64,000 nucleotides of DNA from Polyangiales bacterium (GTDB taxonomy: Bacteria; Myxococcota_A; Polyangia; Polyangiales; Polyangiaceae): the NCBI GenBank assembly GCA_038231275.1, contig JBBRLQ010000005.1:256001-320000 (forward strand). Direction: 5' to 3'. Below the pieces are notes generated by a model. That model ran no database searches. It saw only the letters and a list, made by a program, of their open reading frames with translations, and was not told the DNA's origin. Of this stretch, positions 40,227-50,474 are shown in pieces (position 1 is the stretch's first letter; every line of letters starts with the position of its first letter). The translations under genes and the position numbers were made by a program.

Positions 40227-41084
40227 TTATCGCCCGCCAGGGCTAGAGCGGCGCCACGCGATCAGCTCCGCAGCAATCGACGCGGCGATTTCGTCCGGGA
40301 GGCGCGCGCCGATGTCGACGCCGATCGGCATCCGAACACGCGCGACGTCGGCCTCCGCGAAGCCCTTTGCCGTGAGGCGATCGCGGGTGCGCTGCGCCTT
40401 CGCGCGACTGCCGACGCCGCCGACGTACGCGAATCCCCGGCGGATGCCCCACTCGATCGCGCGCTGATCGAGCGCGTGGTCGTGTGTCATGACGAGGAAG
40501 ACCGAGGCCTTCGGGAACGCGGCGCCGACCTCGTCGTACTCGCCGATCTCGCACCTGACCCCGTCGATTCGCCCTTCTTTTCCCCACGCGTCGCGTGCGT
40601 CGACGACGGTGACGGCGAAGCCGACGCGCGCGAGGAGGGGTGCCGCCGCCGTCGCGACGTGACCGCCGCCGACGATCAAGCACGGCACGAGCCCCGCGAT
40701 CGGCTCGAGCAGGGCCACGACGCGACCGCCGCAGCACATGCCGAGCTCGGCCCCGAGCTTGAACGTGCGAAGCTCGTGCGCGCCCTCGCCGGTCGCGGCC
40801 ATCTTGGACAGCGCTTCGAGGATCTCGCGCTCGACCGCGCCGCCGCCGACGGTGCCGACGCACGATCCGTCGGCGCCGATCCAGATCTTCTGACCTGGCG
40901 TCGACGGCGCGGAGCCGTGACGTTCGAGGATCGTGGCCATCGCGCCGGCGATCCCGCGGACCGTGCGATCTGCCGCGACCGCGAGCACGCGCGCCGGAAG
41001 CGCCGGCTCTGGAACGAGCAGAGCGGGTTCCCCTCGCGCGCTCTCCAGGAGCGGGGCGACGTGGAGGTTGACGATCTTCGCCAT
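40227..41084 (-). CDS. xdhC: Second XdhC family accessory protein
   Basis: GSAP, GTVGGGAVE, LGMCCGG, GGGHVA, THDHALD, YVGGVGS, PIGVDIGA..PDEIA. Confidence 0.9.
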   Translation of the reverse strand: MAKIVNLHVAPLLESARGEPALLVPEPALPARVLAVAADRTVRGIAGAMATILERHGSAPSTPGQKIWIGADGSCVGTVGGGAVEREILEALSKMAATGEGAHELRTFKLGAELGMCCGGRVVALLEPIAGLVPCLIVGGGHVATAAAPLLARVGFAVTVVDARDAWGKEGRIDGVRCEIGEYDEVGAAFPKASVFLVMTHDHALDQRAIEWGIRRGFAYVGGVGSRAKAQRTRDRLTAKGFAEADVARVRMPIGVDIGARLPDEIAASIAAELIAWRRSSPGGR

Positions 41085-41100
41085 TGCCGGACCCTCGGGG

Positions 41101-42114
41101 TTACCCGCCGATGCCGCGCATCGAGACGTCGGCGGCGCTGGTCTCGGTACAGCCCTTGAACGACTCGCCGTCGGGCTTGAGCGTCCACGCGTCGGCGATC
41201 GCGCTGCTGACTCCGGCCGCGTCGCCCGCGCGGGCGAGCTGGGCGGCCGAGACGCCGTCGTTGGTGGCGAGGCAAGGGCGGAGCATTCCGTCGCTCGCGA
41301 CGCGGAGCCGATCGCAGCCCTTGCAATAGGTGTCGCTCGTGCCGGTGATGAAGCCGACCCTCTTCGTCGCGTCGGCGCGTGCGACGAGGTAGCGCGCGGG
41401 GCCGCGGTCCTTCTCGCGCGCGGGATCGCCCGGTACGAGCAGGTGATCGACGCGCGCTCGCATCTCGGTCGCCGTGACGACGCGATCCTGAAGGTGCGCC
41501 CCTTCGCCGACCGCCATCACCTCGAGGAGCCGCGGGACGATGCCGCGGGCCCACGACCACGTCACGAGCGACTCGAGCTCGTCGTCGTTCTCGCCGCGCA
41601 CGATGACCGCGTTCAGCTTCATCTCGTCGAACCCGACCGCGATCGCCGCGTCGATCCCTTCGAGCACCTTGTCGAGACGACCGCCGCGGGTCATCCGCGC
41701 GAAGCGCAGCGCGTCGAGGCTGTCGAGCGAGACGTTGACGCGCCGCAGCCCCGCGTCGCGCAGCGGCTTCGCGAGCTTCGCAAGGCGCGTGGCGTTCGTG
41801 GTAACCGCGAGATCGTCGAGACCGAGCGTGTTCAAGTACGCGATGACCCGCACGACGTCGCGATGCAGGAGCGGCTCGCCGCCGGTCAGGCGAACCCGAC
41901 GGACGCCGGCGCCGACGAGTCCGTCCACCATCGTCTTCCACGCTTCAAAGTCGAGACGCTCGTCCACGTCCACGTACGCGGCGTCCTTCTGCGGGCGGCA
42001 ATAAATGCACGCGAGATCGCAGCGATCCGTGAGCGACAGGCGCACTGAGCGCGGCGGCGTCGCGGGGACGGGCCGGCTCGTCGGCTCCGGCGGGAGGACC
42101 TTCAGCGCATACAT
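41101..42114 (-). CDS. moaA: GTP 3',8-cyclase
   Basis: RLSLTDRCDLACIYC, LTGGEP, NVSLDSL, CKGCDRLR..C, terminal IGG. Confidence 0.95.
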   Translation of the reverse strand: MYALKVLPPEPTSRPVPATPPRSVRLSLTDRCDLACIYCRPQKDAAYVDVDERLDFEAWKTMVDGLVGAGVRRVRLTGGEPLLHRDVVRVIAYLNTLGLDDLAVTTNATRLAKLAKPLRDAGLRRVNVSLDSLDALRFARMTRGGRLDKVLEGIDAAIAVGFDEMKLNAVIVRGENDDELESLVTWSWARGIVPRLLEVMAVGEGAHLQDRVVTATEMRARVDHLLVPGDPAREKDRGPARYLVARADATKRVGFITGTSDTYCKGCDRLRVASDGMLRPCLATNDGVSAAQLARAGDAAGVSSAIADAWTLKPDGESFKGCTETSAADVSMRGIGG

Positions 42115-42366
42115 TGGGGTCAGAATCCTAGCGGACGGGGGTCCCATTCACTACTCGCCGCAGCCTCAATGGTTTCGTTGCTGCCCTGCGTCAAGGTTCG
42201 ACGAGAGAGGCCTACCGAGATCCAAGGACTTGGCCACTCGCCTCTCACCGAACATAGTGAAGGTCGAGATCCAACTTATCGAAGTGAGACGCTTTCGCAC
42301 CGCTCGTCGGTGCACGCCTGCGCGCGCGCTCAGCGTAAGAAAACTCGCGCACGTCCACGTGATTTA

Positions 42367-42440
42367 TTGACACGCGATCCCCGGCTCCGTACCGTGGCCA
42401 TCGTACGTGGGAGAAAGTGGCGGAAAGTGCCAATTCATGG
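42367..42440 (+). promoter_or_regulatory. dcw promoter with MraZ-type direct repeats
   Basis: TTGACA-17-TACCGT, then GTGG/GTGG/GTGC/ATGG at 10-bp period (42407, 42417, 42427, 42437). Confidence 0.8.
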
Positions 42441-42491
42441 CAACGCCGCCCAACCCCACTCTGACGGCACGGGTTTCACGAGGGCGCGTCG

Positions 42492-42935
42492 ATGTTCCGC
42501 GGTCGCTACGAGCACACGATCGACGCGAAGGGCAGGACGAGCCTGCCTGCGCGGTATCGTGACGTGCTCTCGGCGATCAACGAGCGCCGCATCGTCGTGA
42601 CGAGCGCGCTCGATGCGTGCCTCGTCGCGTACGCGATGCCGGAGTGGACGGCGTTCGAGGCGAAGCTGGCGACGCTCCCGCAGTTCGATCGCAGCGTGCA
42701 GAAGCTGAAGCGGATCTACGTGTCCGGCGCGGTGGAGTGCGAGGTCGACGACTCCGGTCGCATCCTGATCCCGCCGACGCTCCGCGACTACGCGGGGCTC
42801 ACCAAGGACGTGCTGTGGGCCGGCAACGGTAAGTACGCCGAGCTCTGGGACAAGGGTGCTTGGAAGGCCACGTTCGACACGACCGAGGACGAGCGCCGCG
42901 ACATCAGCGCGCGCCTCGCGGAGCTCGGACTATGA
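42492..42935 (+). CDS. mraZ: Transcriptional regulator MraZ
   Basis: MFRGRYEHTIDAKGR, DDSGRILIP, ELWD. Confidence 0.97.
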   Translation: MFRGRYEHTIDAKGRTSLPARYRDVLSAINERRIVVTSALDACLVAYAMPEWTAFEAKLATLPQFDRSVQKLKRIYVSGAVECEVDDSGRILIPPTLRDYAGLTKDVLWAGNGKYAELWDKGAWKATFDTTEDERRDISARLAELGL

Positions 42936-43918
42936 GAAACGCCCAGCTCGCGCTCCCCGGCGTCCTCGCCGAGCCGCTCATCGAGTGGGTCTTCTTCGAG
43001 CAAGGCGAGGAGGAGAACGACGTGCAAGGCTTCGCCCACGCGACGGTCATGAGGGCGGAGATCTCCGCCGCGCTGGTCCCCGATCCGACGGCGGCGGGCA
43101 TCTATGTCGATGCCACGCTCGGCGGCGGCGGGCACACCGAGGCGCTCTGCGAGCTGGCCCCGGGCGTTCGCGTCATCGCGATCGATCGCGATCTCGTCGC
43201 GATCGAAGCCGCGCGCGCTCGCCTCGCTCCTTTCGGCGACCGGGTCACGTTCGTGCATTCGAGCTTCGGCGAGATCGCGCGGGTCCTCGCGGATCTCGGC
43301 GTCGCGCGCGTCGACGGAGTGTGCGCCGACCTCGGCGTCAGCTCGCCGCAGCTCGACGACGCCGAGCGCGGGATGAGCTTCCGCCACGAAGGCCCCATCG
43401 ACATGCGCATGGATCAGAGCGACGGCGAGACCGCGTTCGAGCTCATCGCGCGGATGACCGACGACGATCTCGCAAACGTCATCTTCCAGTATGGCGACGA
43501 GCGACGCTCGCGCCGCATCGCGCGCAGCATCAAGCGCGCGTACGGCGACAACGAGCTCAAGACGACGCTCGATCTGCGGCGCGCGATCGTGCGCGCGGTG
43601 GGGCCGGTGCGCATCGGCGGCGTCGATCCGGCGACGCGAACGTTCCAGGCGCTCCGCATCGCCGTCAACCGGGAGCTGGACGAGCTGAGCCAGCTCCTCG
43701 CCGCGCTCCCGGAGATTCTTGCGGACGGTGGCGTCGCTGCGCTTCTCAGCTTCCATTCGCTGGAAGATCGCGCGGTGAAGCACGCGTTCCAGGATCGCGA
43801 CACATGGGCCCCGTGCACCAAGAAGCCGCAGGTGGCGACCGAGGACGAGCGAAACCTGAACCCGCGCTCCCGAAGCGCCAAGATGCGCGCCGCCCGGCGA
43901 AATCCGAGGGATCCGTGA
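42932..43918 (+). CDS. rsmH: 16S rRNA m4C1402 methyltransferase
   Basis: DATLGGGGH, DLGVSSPQLD, RTFQALRIAVN, SFHSLEDR, NPRSRSAK. Alternative start GTG 43022 has a strong RBS. Confidence 0.97.
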   Translation: MRNAQLALPGVLAEPLIEWVFFEQGEEENDVQGFAHATVMRAEISAALVPDPTAAGIYVDATLGGGGHTEALCELAPGVRVIAIDRDLVAIEAARARLAPFGDRVTFVHSSFGEIARVLADLGVARVDGVCADLGVSSPQLDDAERGMSFRHEGPIDMRMDQSDGETAFELIARMTDDDLANVIFQYGDERRSRRIARSIKRAYGDNELKTTLDLRRAIVRAVGPVRIGGVDPATRTFQALRIAVNRELDELSQLLAALPEILADGGVAALLSFHSLEDRAVKHAFQDRDTWAPCTKKPQVATEDERNLNPRSRSAKMRAARRNPRDP

Positions 43919-44247
43919 GCAAGCGCGGCTCCCACATCTTCATCGCGCTCTGGACCCTCGCGGTCACGGCGAGCGTTTGCGCGTTCGTTCTCCACCTCGC
44001 GATGCGCGGTCGTACGGTCGCGCTCGGCTACGAGCTCGGCCGCGCGCGCGCGGAGCAAGCGCGCCTCCGCGAGGTGAAGCGCGTCCTCCAGGTCGAGTCG
44101 GCGAGTTACAAAACGCCCGAGCGCGTCGAGATCGTGGCGCGCACACTCCTGGGCATGGAGCCGCCGGCGCCCGACCGCATCATCCCGCTCGCGTCCGGTC
44201 CGTCGTCGCCGTCCGAGAAGAAGGACTCCGTCGCGGAGAAGGACTAG
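43915..44247 (+). CDS. ftsL: Cell division protein FtsL
   Basis: TM plus coiled coil, PERVE..AR..LGM, located between rsmH and ftsI. Confidence 0.88.
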   Translation: MSKRGSHIFIALWTLAVTASVCAFVLHLAMRGRTVALGYELGRARAEQARLREVKRVLQVESASYKTPERVEIVARTLLGMEPPAPDRIIPLASGPSSPSEKKDSVAEKD

Positions 44248-44258
44248 GCAAAGGCGCC

Positions 44259-46322
44259 GTGAGAAACCTGGACCCCAAGCGCGCCAAGTGGATTCGCCTC
44301 CGCATGGGGGTGCTCTGCGGCGTCATGGGGTTGGGGCTAGGCGGGCTCGTCTCGAGCGCCTACCGCGTGCAGGTCGAGGACGGTCCGAAGTGGCGCGAGA
44401 CCGCGGAGCGCCAGCGTCAACGGCGTCTCCACATCGAGCCGAAGCGCGGGACGATCCTCGATCGCAACGGGACACCGCTCGCCGTCAGCGTCGAAGTGCC
44501 GAGCGTGAGCGCCGACGTCGTGGAGATGCTCCGCGGCACCGAGCCCGCCGCGCACGAGGCTACCCTCCGTGACGCTGCCACGCGCATGGCGTCCGCGCTC
44601 AACCTCGACGCGACGGAGCTGTACGGCCGCCTGGCCACGAAGCACCGCTTCGTGTGGGTCAAGCGCCGCATCTCCGGCGAAGAGGCGGGCGCGATCCGCG
44701 ATCTCGGCGACCCGAAGAAGCAGCCGCATCCGGTAAAAGGTCTCGCGATCGAGGGCGAGGGGCATCGGTACTATCCAGGCCGCGAGCTCGCCGGTCCGGT
44801 CCTCGGCTTCGTCGCGCCGGATGGCTTCGGAAAGGACGGCCTCGAGCTCGCGATGGACGACGAGCTGCGCGGCCACGTCGAAGAGGTGAAGGGCCTGCGC
44901 GATCGCGCGGGTCGCCTGATCTTCTCGGAGGGCGTCACCGACGAAGGTGCGCTCGCCGGGCACGACGTCTACCTGACGATCGACGAAGGCATCCAGCACG
45001 TCGCGGAGCGCGAGCTCGACGCCGCGCACGGAACCTACGAGACGAAGGGCGCGTCGATCGCCGTCCTCGATCCGAACACCGGCGAGATCCTCGCGATGGC
45101 GTCGAGCCCCGGTTACAACCCCAACGACTACGGCGAGAGCGAGCCGGACGCGCGGCGCCTGCGCGCGGTCACCGATCGCTTCGAGCCGGGCAGCGTCATG
45201 AAGGTGTTCACCGTCGCCGCGGCGCTCGCCGCCGGCACGTTGAAGCCGACCGAGCAGATTTACTGCGAGCACGGCAACTACCAGATCGGCAGCGTGACCA
45301 TCCACGACAGCCACATCAACGACTGGCTCACGCCTACGCAGGTCCTCGCGAAGAGCTCGAACATCGGCGCGCTCAAGATCGGGCTCGGACTCGGTGAGCC
45401 GGGGCTCTACTCGGCGTTCCGTCGCTTTGGATTCGGCGAGCCGACGGGGCTTCCCCTCCCCGGGGAGGCCGCGGGCGTGCTTCGTCCGCGCGGGCGGCCG
45501 TGGTTCGATGTCGAGACCGCGAACGCCTCCTACGGACAAGGCATCAGCACGACGACCGTGCAGCTCGCGATGGCGTTCGGTGCGATCGCCAACGGAGGCC
45601 GCCTCCTCGAGCCGGTGCTCGTTCGCAAAGTGACCGACGGACGCGGACAGCTCGTGCGCGAAGGCGTGCCGCGCGTACGACGAGAGGTCGTGCCTCCGTA
45701 CGTCGCCAAGATGGTGACCGAGATGCTCACCGCCGTCGTCGAGGGCGAGGGCACCGGCAAAGAGGCGGCGATGACCGGCTTTCGCGTCGCCGGCAAGACC
45801 GCGACCGGACAGAAGGTCGACACCGCAACCGGCAAGATGTCGATGGAGAAATTCACCGCATCGTTCGTCGGCTTCGTGCCGGCGGAGCGGCCGCGCCTCG
45901 TTATCGCCGTCGTCCTCGACGAGCCGATGATCGGCCATTACGGGGGCGATCTCGCCGGCCCGGTCTTCCGTCGCGTCGCCGAGGCGAGCCTCCGGTACCT
46001 CGGCGTGACGCCGCCGCCCGGCGCCAAGGTCGCCAAGGTCACGCGCGACAATGATCCCGCCGACGTCACGCTCACCGTGATGCGCCCGAAGGATGCGCCG
46101 GAGCCCGCGCCGGCCACGCCCGCCGTCGCGCCGCCTCCCGGATCCGTGAAGGTCCCCGATCTCACCGGGCTCGCCGCGCGCGAGGCGGTGAAGGTGATCG
46201 CGCAAGCCGGACTCTTGCCTCAAGTCGAGGGCTCGGGGCGCCTCGTGCGTCAGAATCCCGCCGCCGGTGCGGCCGCGCCGAAGGGGAGCACGGTGCGCCT
46301 CGTGCTCGAGCCGGCGTCATGA
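44259..46322 (+). CDS. ftsI: Class B PBP FtsI with C-terminal PASTA domain
   Basis: RGTILDRNG, RYYP, EPGSVMK, SSN, KTAT, VPDLTG. Confidence 0.95.
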   Translation: MRNLDPKRAKWIRLRMGVLCGVMGLGLGGLVSSAYRVQVEDGPKWRETAERQRQRRLHIEPKRGTILDRNGTPLAVSVEVPSVSADVVEMLRGTEPAAHEATLRDAATRMASALNLDATELYGRLATKHRFVWVKRRISGEEAGAIRDLGDPKKQPHPVKGLAIEGEGHRYYPGRELAGPVLGFVAPDGFGKDGLELAMDDELRGHVEEVKGLRDRAGRLIFSEGVTDEGALAGHDVYLTIDEGIQHVAERELDAAHGTYETKGASIAVLDPNTGEILAMASSPGYNPNDYGESEPDARRLRAVTDRFEPGSVMKVFTVAAALAAGTLKPTEQIYCEHGNYQIGSVTIHDSHINDWLTPTQVLAKSSNIGALKIGLGLGEPGLYSAFRRFGFGEPTGLPLPGEAAGVLRPRGRPWFDVETANASYGQGISTTTVQLAMAFGAIANGGRLLEPVLVRKVTDGRGQLVREGVPRVRREVVPPYVAKMVTEMLTAVVEGEGTGKEAAMTGFRVAGKTATGQKVDTATGKMSMEKFTASFVGFVPAERPRLVIAVVLDEPMIGHYGGDLAGPVFRRVAEASLRYLGVTPPPGAKVAKVTRDNDPADVTLTVMRPKDAPEPAPATPAVAPPPGSVKVPDLTGLAAREAVKVIAQAGLLPQVEGSGRLVRQNPAAGAAAPKGSTVRLVLEPAS

Positions 46323-47875
46323 CCGGCGGCCTCTCGCTCGCGCAAATCGCCCGAGAAATACCGGGTGAAACGCGGATCGTCGGAGACGCGTCGGTGCGCA
46401 CCTTTGGCGTGCATCACGACTCGCGCGCCGTCGCGCCCGGCGATCTCTTCGTCGTTCGCAAGGGTCGAACGAGCGACGGCGCGCAGTTCCTCGCCGACGC
46501 GAAGGCGCGCGGCGCCGTGGCGGTGCTCGCGGCCAAGGGTACGATCGACCCCTCCGAGGTGGGCCTGCCGGTCCTCTTCACCGCCGACGCGGTCGACGGG
46601 CTCGCCTACGCCTCCGCTGCCGTGTACGGCCACCCCGCGTTCAGCCTCGACATCGTCGGCATCACCGGCACGAACGGCAAGACGACGACCTCGTACCTCG
46701 TACGCGCCGCGATCGACGCCGCCGTTGGGCGGCCGTCGTGCGGAACCATCGGCACCATCGGACACGTCTTCGCGGGCAACGTCACCCACGCGTCCCACAC
46801 GACGCCCGAAGCCGACGAGCTCGCGCGCGTCCTCGCCTCCATGCGCAAGGCCGGCGCGACGCACGTGGCGATGGAGGTCTCGTCGATCGCGCTCGACCTC
46901 GGACGCGTCCGCGCTGTGCGGTTCCGCGTCGCGGCGCTCACGAACCTGACGCAAGATCACCTGGATTTTCACGGCACGATGGACGACTACGCGGCGGCCA
47001 AGCGCGCACTCTTCACCGCGTGCGCGCCGGGCTCCGCCGTGCTCAACGTCGGCGACGCGTTCGGCCTTTCCCTCGTGCCGCTCGTAAAGGCGCCGCTCGT
47101 CCGCGTGAGCGCAGCAATCGGCGCCGACGCCGACATCGTGCCCAAGAGCGTGCGAATGGACGCGGGCGGAATGGACATCGTCGTCGCCACGCCGCGCGGC
47201 GACGTTCGCCTGGTCACGCGCCTCGTTGGCGCGCACAACCTGGAGAACATCGTCGTCGCCCTGGGCATCGCGCACGCGCTCGACCTGGATCTCGCGCGCG
47301 CCGCCGCGGGGATCGCCGGCGAGGCGGGCGCGCCCGGACGGCTCGAGCGCTGCGACGTCCCCGGCGACGACGTCACGGTCCTCGTCGACTATGCCCACAC
47401 CCCCGACGCGCTCGCGCGGGTGCTCGACAGCGTGAAGACGGTCGCCGCGGCGTCGCGCCTCTGGTGCATCTTCGGCTGCGGCGGCGATCGCGACGCGACC
47501 AAGCGCGGTCCCATGGGCGAGGCCGCCGCGTCGCGTGCCGACGCCGTCGTGATCACCAGCGACAACCCGCGCACCGAAGATCCGGCCGCGATCGCCGCGC
47601 CCATCGAGGCGGCGGTCGCCTCCTTGGGGCTGCCCCACGTGGACTTCGCCGCGCTCGGAGCCGGCGAAAAGGGCTACGTCGTCGAGCTCGATCGCGCGCG
47701 CGCGATCGACGAGGCGATCCGCGGCGCGCGTAAGGGCGACGTCGTCGTCGTCGCCGGCAAGGGACACGAGGACTATCAAATCATCGGCGCTACCAAGCGG
47801 CACTTCGACGATCGCGAAGAGGCGCGTAGAGCGCTCGCGGCGCGACGTACACGCGCCGAAGGCAGGGCGAGCTGA
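46319..47875 (+). CDS. murE: MurE ligase (meso-DAP type)
   Basis: GITGTNGKTT, MEVSS, DYAHTPD, DNPR, AGKGHE. Confidence 0.97.
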   Translation: MTGGLSLAQIAREIPGETRIVGDASVRTFGVHHDSRAVAPGDLFVVRKGRTSDGAQFLADAKARGAVAVLAAKGTIDPSEVGLPVLFTADAVDGLAYASAAVYGHPAFSLDIVGITGTNGKTTTSYLVRAAIDAAVGRPSCGTIGTIGHVFAGNVTHASHTTPEADELARVLASMRKAGATHVAMEVSSIALDLGRVRAVRFRVAALTNLTQDHLDFHGTMDDYAAAKRALFTACAPGSAVLNVGDAFGLSLVPLVKAPLVRVSAAIGADADIVPKSVRMDAGGMDIVVATPRGDVRLVTRLVGAHNLENIVVALGIAHALDLDLARAAAGIAGEAGAPGRLERCDVPGDDVTVLVDYAHTPDALARVLDSVKTVAAASRLWCIFGCGGDRDATKRGPMGEAAASRADAVVITSDNPRTEDPAAIAAPIEAAVASLGLPHVDFAALGAGEKGYVVELDRARAIDEAIRGARKGDVVVVAGKGHEDYQIIGATKRHFDDREEARRALAARRTRAEGRAS

Positions 47876-49329
47876 TGGCGACGCCGATCCCCAAAAACCT
47901 CGCGACGTTCAGCGCGCGCGCGATCGCCGGCGCCGTCCACGCGATTCATTCGACCTTCCGGGGCGTCGATCACACCGTCGTAGGCGTCACCACCGACAGC
48001 CGCGCCGTCACGCCCGGCTGCGCGTTCGTGGCTCTGCGCGGCGAGAATCACGACGGCCACGCGTTCCTCGCCGACGCGGTCCGTGGCGGCGCACGGCTCG
48101 TCGTCGTCGAGGAGGGCCGCGCGCCAGAGCTCGATGCCGACATCGTCGAAGTGGCGGACACCCTCGCCGCGTGGGGTTCTCTCGCGCGTGCGCACCTCCA
48201 CGCGTGGCGTCACGCGTCGCGCGGAGGCCGAATCGTCGCGATCACCGGCAGCGCCGGCAAGACGACGACGAAGGAGCTCACCCACGCGCTCCTCGGGACG
48301 TGGGGCGAGTGCCACTCCACCGCCGGCAACCTGAACAACCGCATCGGCCTCCCCGCCGTGGCGCTCGGGATGGAGACGAAGCATCGCTTCGGCGTCTTCG
48401 AGCTCGGCATGAGCGTGCTCGGCGAGATCCACGCGATGGCGGCGATCGCGGAGCCCGACATCGGCGTGATCACGAACGTCGGCGTCGCGCACGCGGAAGG
48501 CGTCGGCGGCACACGTGACGCCGTCGGTCGCGAGAAAGGGGCGCTCCTCGAAGCCTTGCGCCCGCAGGGCGTGGCCGTCGTGAACGCCGACGACGACGTC
48601 GCGATGGCGCAGGTCGATCGGACGCTCGCGACGACCGCTCTCACGTTCGGCCGCTCCGCCACCGCGACCTACCGAATCCTCGAGCGCGTCCCCCGCGGCG
48701 CGTACGGCTCGCGAGTGCGCGTCGCGCGCCGCGACGGCGACACGATCGAGCTCGATTTCCCGCTGATCGGCGAGGCGGCCGCCCTCGATCTCGTCGCCGC
48801 GCTGGCCGCCACCGAGGCCGCGACCGGCGGTCCGATCGACATCGATCGGGCCACACGTGCGCTCGAGTCACTCGCCTCGCGCCCCGCGCTCGCGAGCCGT
48901 GGCTGCGTTCGTTCCCTCGCGGACGGCACCCAGATCATCGACGACACCTACAACGCGAACCCCGCCAGCATGCGCGCCGCGCTCGCGTCGCTCCAGGAGG
49001 TCGCCATCCCCGATCGCCGTCGCATGGTCGTCGTGCTCGGCGAAATGAAGGAGCTCGGACCGCTCGCCGAGGCGGAGCACGTGGCGCTCGGCGACGTCCT
49101 CGCGAAGAGCGGCGTGGGGCTCGCGATCTCGTGCGGTGGCCTCATGGACCTCGCGATGGATCGCGCTGCCGAGGCGGGGATCGCGACGATCAAGGCGGAG
49201 TCGACCACCCACGCCGCCGAGGCCGCCGTCCGCGAAGTCGTCGCCGGCGACGTCGTCCTCGTGAAGGGCTCGCGATCGGTCGGCACCGAGCGTGTCGTGT
49301 CGGCCCTCGCCGAGCGGAGGCCCACGTGA
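47875..49329 (+). CDS. murF: MurF ligase
   Basis: TGSAGKTTTK, GNLNNRIG, DDTYNANP, GEMKELG, KGSR. Confidence 0.96.
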   Translation: MATPIPKNLATFSARAIAGAVHAIHSTFRGVDHTVVGVTTDSRAVTPGCAFVALRGENHDGHAFLADAVRGGARLVVVEEGRAPELDADIVEVADTLAAWGSLARAHLHAWRHASRGGRIVAITGSAGKTTTKELTHALLGTWGECHSTAGNLNNRIGLPAVALGMETKHRFGVFELGMSVLGEIHAMAAIAEPDIGVITNVGVAHAEGVGGTRDAVGREKGALLEALRPQGVAVVNADDDVAMAQVDRTLATTALTFGRSATATYRILERVPRGAYGSRVRVARRDGDTIELDFPLIGEAAALDLVAALAATEAATGGPIDIDRATRALESLASRPALASRGCVRSLADGTQIIDDTYNANPASMRAALASLQEVAIPDRRRMVVVLGEMKELGPLAEAEHVALGDVLAKSGVGLAISCGGLMDLAMDRAAEAGIATIKAESTTHAAEAAVREVVAGDVVLVKGSRSVGTERVVSALAERRPT

Positions 49330-50474
49330 TCTACGAGCTCCTCTACGCGATGCGCCACGAGGCGGCGTGGCTCGGATGGCTGAACGTCCTCCGCTACGTC
49401 CCGTTTCGCATCATCGCCGCGACGATCACCGCGATGCTCATCTCCTTCTTCGTGTCGCCGTGGTTCATCCGCGAGCTACAAAAGAAGCAGATCGGCCAGG
49501 TCGTGCGCGAGGACGGCCCCGAGGGTCACAAGACCAAGGCCGGCACGCCGACGATGGGTGGCGCGCTCATCCTCCTCTCCGTCCTCGTCCCCACCATCAT
49601 GTGGTGCGATCCGCGAAACGTCTTCGTGTGGGCGACGACCGCGGTCACCGCCGGCTACGGCGTCATCGGGTACCTGGACGACTACCTCAAGATCAAGTTC
49701 AAGAACTCCAAGGGCCTGCCCGGTCGCTACAAGATGATCGGGCAGATCCTGATCGGCACCGCCGTCCTCTCGTATGTCTTCCTCGCGCACGACGCCGTGC
49801 CGAGCGACTGGTGGGACATTCGCTTCCGCCTCTCGCTCCCGTTCGTTTCGTTCGCGAAGCACCCGATGACGCTGCCGATGTGGCTCTACATCCCGTTCGC
49901 GGTGATGGTCGTCGTCGCGATGTCGAACGCGGTCAACCTGACCGACGGCCTCGACGGCCTCGCGATCGGCCCGGTCATCTTCAACGGTGGCACGTACCTC
50001 GTGTGGGCGTACCTCTCGGGCGCGACCTTCGGAATCGCCAACGTGGCGCAGCGCTTCGTCGTCGCGAAGTACCTCGACATCCCCTACATCACGAGCGTCG
50101 GCGAGCTGTCCATCTATTGCGGGGCCCTCGTCGGCGCCGGCATCGGCTTCCTTTGGTACAACACCTACCCCGCGCAGCTCTTCATGGGCGACGTCGGCGC
50201 GCTGGCCCTCGGCGGCGGCCTTGGCTGCTGCGCCGTGTTCACCAAGAACGAGTTCTTGAGCATCATCCTCGGGGGCGTCTTCTTCCTCGAGGCGGTCAGC
50301 GTCATCGCCCAGGTGACGAGCTTCAAGCTCACCGGCAAGCGCGTCTTCTTGATGGCGCCGATCCACCACCACTACGAAAAGAAGGGGTGGCCCGAGCCAA
50401 AAATCATCGTTCGTTTCTGGATCATTTCGATCCTTCTCGCTCTCGTCAGCTTGAGCAGCCTGAAGGTCCGATGA
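49326..50474 (+). CDS. mraY: Phospho-MurNAc-pentapeptide transferase
   Basis: GTPTMGG, DDYLK, NLTDGLDG, FMGDVG, MAPIHHHYE. Confidence 0.97.
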   Translation: MIYELLYAMRHEAAWLGWLNVLRYVPFRIIAATITAMLISFFVSPWFIRELQKKQIGQVVREDGPEGHKTKAGTPTMGGALILLSVLVPTIMWCDPRNVFVWATTAVTAGYGVIGYLDDYLKIKFKNSKGLPGRYKMIGQILIGTAVLSYVFLAHDAVPSDWWDIRFRLSLPFVSFAKHPMTLPMWLYIPFAVMVVVAMSNAVNLTDGLDGLAIGPVIFNGGTYLVWAYLSGATFGIANVAQRFVVAKYLDIPYITSVGELSIYCGALVGAGIGFLWYNTYPAQLFMGDVGALALGGGLGCCAVFTKNEFLSIILGGVFFLEAVSVIAQVTSFKLTGKRVFLMAPIHHHYEKKGWPEPKIIVRFWIISILLALVSLSSLKVR

